The position numbers and the translations under genes were made by a program. Shown here one piece after another: positions 47,192-50,988 of a stretch of 50,988 nucleotides of DNA. The stretch is from Nanobdellota archaeon (GTDB lineage: Archaea; Nanobdellota; Nanobdellia; Pacearchaeales; GW2011-AR1), in NCBI GenBank assembly GCA_018818285.1, contig JAHIRT010000030.1:1-50988 (forward strand), written 5' to 3'. Numbering within the stretch: the first letter of the stretch is position 1; each line of letters opens with the position of its first letter. Below the pieces are notes generated by a model that was given only the letters and a program-made list of their open reading frames with translations, was not told where the DNA came from and searched no databases.

Positions 47192-47485
47192 ATGAATAAA
47201 AGAGGGCTAAATTTTTAGGATGTTTTAGCTTGGATAGTCTTATTTTTAATTTTAATCTGGCTTATTTTGAAAGTTTTTGGTTTAATTAACATGCCTACTT
47301 TTGTAGGGTTATCTCCTTATTTTGGTGAAGTTTATCTTGCAGGATGGGCAATGCATAAACTAGATGGAGTTTCAGAAGATGTTAAAGAATTAAAAAAATT
47401 TAATAGAGCTCCTGTTGGGGAGATTAATAACCTCAAATCAAATTGTATTAAAAATCATTTCTTATCAAAAACAACTTGTGTATGA
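47192..47485 (+). pseudogene. Small membrane-protein ORF with an in-frame TAG at 47216..47218
   Basis: MNKRGLNF*DVLAWIVLFLILIWLILKVFGLINMPTF... This reads as a basic N-terminus plus TM helix split by one stop. The track shows only the TTG-initiated distal part. Confidence 0.3.
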
Positions 47486-48288
47486 GGAAATGCAAAATCT
47501 ATTTTCTTTTCTTTCATGATTTCTTTGAAAATTTCCTCAGTTATTCTTGAATTTATTTCCTGTCTTTTTGAAGCAATTGTGTAATATCTTATTCTTACAT
47601 CAATTCCAGAGGCCTGAAAATTAATCCTTACAAATGGTTTTAATGGAACAATTGTTATAAAATCTTTAGTTGCTTTTTCAGTAACTTTTTTTGCTATGCT
47701 TTTTGCTATGTCTATATGACTCTTGTATGTTATTGTAAATCCAACTTCATCTAAGATAAAATCACTTTGAGCTGTATAATTCACAACATTTTGCTCAAAT
47801 AAAACTGCATTTGGTATTATTATTTCTCTTCCAGAAATCTCGTCTCCTCCAACTGTTCCCCCAAATTCATTTAAGTATATATGAGTCAAAGTAATATTGG
47901 AAACATCTCCCTTTACTTGTCCAATAATTATTCTGTCTCCTATTTCAAATGGTTTTGTTAGAATTACCATAATCCATGCAGCAATTCCTGTGATTGGTCT
48001 TTGCAATGCCCAACCTAATGCTGCTGTCAATAAACCAGCTGTGATTCCAACACCAACAAATCCTCCTGTGTAAGACATCACAAGAAAAATAATTGAAAGA
48101 AAAAGAAAAAGATAACTTACAAGGCTTGTAAACATAATAATATTATGTTTCATTTTTTTTGAAAAAACTTTTTTTATCAAAACCTTTTTTAAAATAGTAT
48201 TAATGAAAATATATATTGCAATAATTACTGCTAATGAAATAATTCCTCTCAAAAGATCAACTCCAATTTCAGGTGAAAAATTTATCAT
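47455..48288 (-). CDS. Small-conductance mechanosensitive channel (MscS family)
   Basis: TKPFEIGDRIIIGQVKGDVSNITLTHIYL and three N-terminal TM segments. Start taken at the ATG at 48288. Confidence 0.85.
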   Translation of the reverse strand: MINFSPEIGVDLLRGIISLAVIIAIYIFINTILKKVLIKKVFSKKMKHNIIMFTSLVSYLFLFLSIIFLVMSYTGGFVGVGITAGLLTAALGWALQRPITGIAAWIMVILTKPFEIGDRIIIGQVKGDVSNITLTHIYLNEFGGTVGGDEISGREIIIPNAVLFEQNVVNYTAQSDFILDEVGFTITYKSHIDIAKSIAKKVTEKATKDFITIVPLKPFVRINFQASGIDVRIRYYTIASKRQEINSRITEEIFKEIMKEKKIDFAFPHTQVVFDKK

Positions 48289-48351
48289 GCAAAAATACAA
48301 GCAACATAGTTTATATTATTTGTGGTGTGTTAATCCAAGTGTAATATTCAA

Positions 48352-48387
48352 TTCGAGTTTTGGCTAATTTGTGGAAAGGGCAAGGAC
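48352..48387. repeat. Left arm of a long-range inverted repeat bracketing ORF 48455..48697
   Basis: TTCGAGTTTTGGC (48352-48364) and CAAGGAC (48381-48387) are complementary to 48731-48743 and 48720-48726. Confidence 0.7.
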
Positions 48388-48454
48388 TATTAACTACTGC
48401 ATAGTTACTATAACCGAAAGATTTAAATACCAGCAGCTATTCTATATTATTACA

Positions 48455-48697
48455 ATGGACTTAGTAAAATTAGCAGTTGATTCAATGAAAGGAACAACAC
48501 AAAAGTTAATGAATCAACTAGATGAAATTGCACAAGTTACAAGAGAAAGAATAGCTGCTGTAGAAGGCGGTTATATGACTCCTGCTTTAGCCATTGCTTA
48601 TGAACAAAGATTGGCAAATCTTCAATCAAGAAGTGGGCAGATTTGCGATGAAAGATCTGCATATTTTAGAATTACAATGGAAAATATTAATCCATAA
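48455..48697 (+). CDS. Hypothetical 80-aa helical protein
   Basis: ATG at 48455 (MDLVKLAVDSMKG...), typical AT-rich codon usage. Confidence 0.4.
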   Translation: MDLVKLAVDSMKGTTQKLMNQLDEIAQVTRERIAAVEGGYMTPALAIAYEQRLANLQSRSGQICDERSAYFRITMENINP

Positions 48698-48710
48698 TTC
48701 TTTTAATAAA

Positions 48711-48900
48711 TTGGACTTCGTCCTTGATACGCCAAAACTCGAACTCTGAATTTTTCCCTTCGGGAACGTTGCACTAAAATTCAGCCCTAACGGGGAATAT
48801 AACAGCGATTTACCGATTCCGAAACCTTGCGTTTCTCCATCCAAATTCAATTTCTCAGCCCTGTATCGGGGGGATTTGAACTTCTCTTAATCGCGATGTA
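48711..48900. ncRNA. Candidate structured RNA / GC-enriched hairpin cluster, family and strand unknown
   Basis: GGAC-TTC-GTCC. A 9-bp stem CTGAATTTT/AAAATTCAG encloses TTCC-CTTCG-GGAA. GGAAT/ATTCC and GAAAC/GTTTC. Two near-identical hairpins: TCAGCCCT-AA-CGGGG and TCAGCCCT-GTAT-CGGGG. Confidence 0.25.
48720..48743. repeat. Right arm of the long-range inverted repeat
   Basis: GTCCTTG-ATAC-GCCAAAACTCGAA. Confidence 0.7.
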
Positions 48901-49132
48901 ATATTCTGAAATAGTTTCATTCTTTAAAAAAATATTTTAATAAACTAATTTGTTAATGACTAATTTTAAACCCTTATAGATTAGTTTAACTATTCACTGA
49001 GATAAATTTTTACTTAATGATTTTATGTAAAGAACTCTGATAAGTTGAGTTCAAAGTTTTTTATAGCAGGAGTTGAAATAATTAGAGAATATACCATCGT
49101 GTTAATTTATTTAGAATATTTTTAAACTGAAA

Positions 49133-50038
49133 TCAAAATTTCTCATTAATAATTTCTGATTGTGTATCAAAAAAATTAGCAAGTGGATTGTCAAATCCTG
49201 TTTTATCTGAGATTTCTTCGGTTTCATCGTCTTCTTCTTCTTTAATAGGATTTAGATTTCTATAATGCTTATAAAGCCAAATCCATATTTCATCAAAATG
49301 AGATTCTTGCTCTAAGAATATTTTATGCTGGCTGTCTAAATGAAGAACAGGCAGAAAGCATGATAATCTGCTTTCTTTGCTGTTTCCAGCAATAGAAGAA
49401 TAACTTAATTTTTTCTGTTTTTTCCCAAAATTTGTTAATATTAATGAATAAATTTTTTTTATCTTGTCTTTAAGGCTTATCCTTGATTTTGGAAGAACTA
49501 TTTCTGTTTCTCTTTCTTGCTGAATTCTCTCAACTCTTTTTTTTATCCTTCTGTTTTCTGTTGACATTGCTTTATTTAAAGAATCTATAAGTTCTTGCAG
49601 TGAAACTTTCTTATATCTTGGAAGTGGTGTTTTTGGATAAATCTTAGGCAAATCATCTTCATCTAATTCTATTCTTTCAATAGGCCTTGAAGTTTCCTGT
49701 TTTTTTCCAAATAATATTTCATCAATATTTTTAAGATATTTGTGCAAAAGAAAATCTGATTTTAATCTTAAAAGAATTGCAGCTGCAAGAAGAACTTTGC
49801 TTGAAACAAAAAAATTTGTTTCTTCTAACTCTCTTATTTTTTCAGTGTATTTTTTTGCAAGCAGAGATATATCAATATCCCATGGGTCAAGCTGTTCTGT
49901 ATTAATTAAATCATAAATTATTGACTGCCAGTTTACTTCTTTTCCTGTTACTAATTCATAAAACTGGCTATTTCCTATTTTATCTTGAGGACTTATGGAT
50001 TCTGTTTTGTCCTGAACCTCTTCTTTTATTCCATCCAT
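49133..50038 (-). CDS. scpA: Segregation and condensation protein A (kleisin)
   Basis: DPWDIDISLLAKKYTEKI..FFVSSKVLLAAAILLRLKS. Start taken at the ATG at 50038 (MDGIKEE). Confidence 0.75.
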   Translation of the reverse strand: MDGIKEEVQDKTESISPQDKIGNSQFYELVTGKEVNWQSIIYDLINTEQLDPWDIDISLLAKKYTEKIRELEETNFFVSSKVLLAAAILLRLKSDFLLHKYLKNIDEILFGKKQETSRPIERIELDEDDLPKIYPKTPLPRYKKVSLQELIDSLNKAMSTENRRIKKRVERIQQERETEIVLPKSRISLKDKIKKIYSLILTNFGKKQKKLSYSSIAGNSKESRLSCFLPVLHLDSQHKIFLEQESHFDEIWIWLYKHYRNLNPIKEEEDDETEEISDKTGFDNPLANFFDTQSEIINEKF

Positions 50039-50253
50039 TATATACTTTCTACAAAAACAAAACTTATAAACTTTGGGCCGAGTATATTTCTGGTGAGCAA
50101 GTATCCTAAGAAAATGGAAAGTCATTTCAAAATGGTAACACATAGAAACATTTATAAACCTTAGATACTTGAATTTACTATCACCTCTTTTTCCCCAGGA
50201 GAGGCAGTTCAACTCTGTTTACTTTGTTGAATGTGGCCTCTTCTAGGGGTTTG

Positions 50254-50294
50254 AAATCAAAAAATTCTTATGTATTTTTAAAATCAAAAAATTC
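50254..50294 (+). repeat. Direct repeats AAATCAAAAAATTC, 27 bp apart, with a degenerate third copy at 50448..50462
   Basis: Identical 14-mers at 50254-50267 and 50281-50294. Confidence 0.6.
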
Positions 50295-50345
50295 CTGATT
50301 GTTACCTACATATTTAGGTGTTGGTTTATTGGAATTTTTGGATGC

Positions 50346-50397
50346 TCAGAAATGCAACCACCCACTTTAGTGTGTGGTTTGTTTTCAGCATTTCTGA
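50346..50397. promoter_or_regulatory. Long interrupted hairpin / palindromic site
   Basis: TCAGAAATGC-AACCAC-(12 nt)-GTGGTT-TGTTTTCA-GCATTTCTGA. A related half-site, AAATGCACCAC, recurs at about 50455-50468. Confidence 0.5.
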
Positions 50398-50562
50398 CAT
50401 TTATAAACTTCTTTCTATAATTTAATTAATGAAAACAGGAAGTTTTCAAAAATCAAAAATGCACCACTCAACTCGAGCCTTTACTTTAAATAATAAAATC
50501 AAGATACTTAAGTCAAAACTCTCGCCAAAAGAGGTTGCCTTATTAAGGGCATTTTTAATATA

Positions 50563-50988
50563 ATGAAAATACTGAGAATATTAATCTATCTTCTTGTGAT
50601 TGTTAATTTTATTTTAATTGGATTTTTGATTTCTGAATATAAATCCTTTGAAAGTTATAGCATTGAAAAAGCAAACCTCAGCAGAGTGATTGATGGAGAT
50701 ACAATTGAAACTGATTTAGGAAAAGTTAGATTTTTGGGAATAAACACTCCTGAAAAAAATATGGGCGGTTTTGAAGAAGCTAAAAATTATCTTGAGCAAT
50801 TTATTGGAAAAAAAGTTGAGTTATTGAGAGAAACTGAAGACAAAGATATATATGGAAGATTGTTAAGATATGTTTTTTATAATGATAAGTTGATTAATGA
50901 AGATATATTAAAAAGAGGACTTGCTCACTATTATTCTTATTCAGAAGATGATTTTACTAACAGATTAAAAAAAGCAGAAGAAACAGCA
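50563..50988 (+). CDS. Thermonuclease (SNase-like), membrane-anchored, 3'-truncated by the window edge
   Basis: My translation: MKILRILIYLLVIVNF..VIDGDTIETDLGKVRFLGINTPE..YGRLLRYV. The frame is open to position 50988. Confidence 0.7.
   Translation, partial: MKILRILIYLLVIVNFILIGFLISEYKSFESYSIEKANLSRVIDGDTIETDLGKVRFLGINTPEKNMGGFEEAKNYLEQFIGKKVELLRETEDKDIYGRLLRYVFYNDKLINEDILKRGLAHYYSYSEDDFTNRLKKAEETA

Noticed and set aside
48711-48726. Minus-strand GGACGAAGTCC reminiscent of RNase P CR-I (GAGGAAAGUCC)
   Set aside because: It is simply a self-complementary hairpin (GGAC/GTCC). I found no CR-IV/CR-V-like ACAGAA..GGCUUA partner or P4 geometry nearby.
48626-48850. 74-aa minus-strand ORF across the GC-rich segment
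   Set aside because: It overlaps the end of ORF 48455..48697 and the hairpin cluster. Its composition is odd and it is more likely a by-product of GC-rich structured DNA.
48862-48885. Minus-strand GTTCAAATCCCCCC resembling a tRNA T-loop plus stem (split or permuted tRNA half, or an att-site tRNA fragment)
   Set aside because: There is no complementary G-run 5' of the loop to form a T stem. The implied acceptor strand would require a tRNA starting with T. It matches none of the three tRNA 3' ends in the window.
13473-50038. scpB (13473..14036) and scpA (49133..50038) being 35 kb apart, with no smc gene in the window
   Set aside because: This is a gene-order curiosity only. Unlinked scpA and scpB occur in many genomes, and smc may lie outside the window.
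50039-50212. 58-codon N-terminal extension of the scpA ORF
   Set aside because: The extension is Cys/Phe/Tyr-rich, has a non-ATG start, and is unlike ScpA. The conserved part follows the ATG at 50038.

Overview
AT-rich (roughly 30% GC by eye, not computed), very gene-dense archaeal chromosome segment. Archaeal origin is supported by aRF1, RNA polymerase subunit L, NAC, Sec61-beta, RadB, archaeal-type ValRS/MetRS/HisRS, and three tRNA genes that each carry an intron at the canonical 37/38 position. Small proteins, a split MetRS and a tRNA-Ile(UAU) suggest a reduced DPANN-type genome (inference). Housekeeping content includes topA, dcd, maf, nfi, scpA and scpB (unlinked), minD, an OBG-type GTPase, a rhomboid, MscS, two MFS transporters, a GT2 glycosyltransferase and proteases. 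Accessory content is as follows. (1) A divergent pair of orphan genes, a SWIM-like Zn-finger protein and a 946-aa HTH/nuclease-like protein, lies next to tRNA-Gly. (2) A fused Type IIG restriction-modification enzyme has a tightly coupled small membrane protein. (3) A DUF5678-like small protein is coupled to a retropepsin-like aspartic protease. (4) A viperin-like radical SAM enzyme. (5) A RelE/ParE-type toxin-antitoxin pair whose toxin carries an in-frame TAA. (6) An RRM RNA-binding protein. Non-coding signals not explained by the genes are also present. An ~88-nt element is shared by the upstream regions of tRNA-His and hisS, and an ~85-nt module is shared upstream of btpA and dcd. A GC-enriched, hairpin-rich ~190-nt segment sits next to a small ORF bracketed by long-range inverted repeats. 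A 524-bp intergenic region carries iterated motifs and a long interrupted hairpin. Three small ORFs each carry a single in-frame stop codon. I recognised no rRNA, CRISPR array, transposase or integrase. All family calls come from motif recognition by eye; no searches were run.
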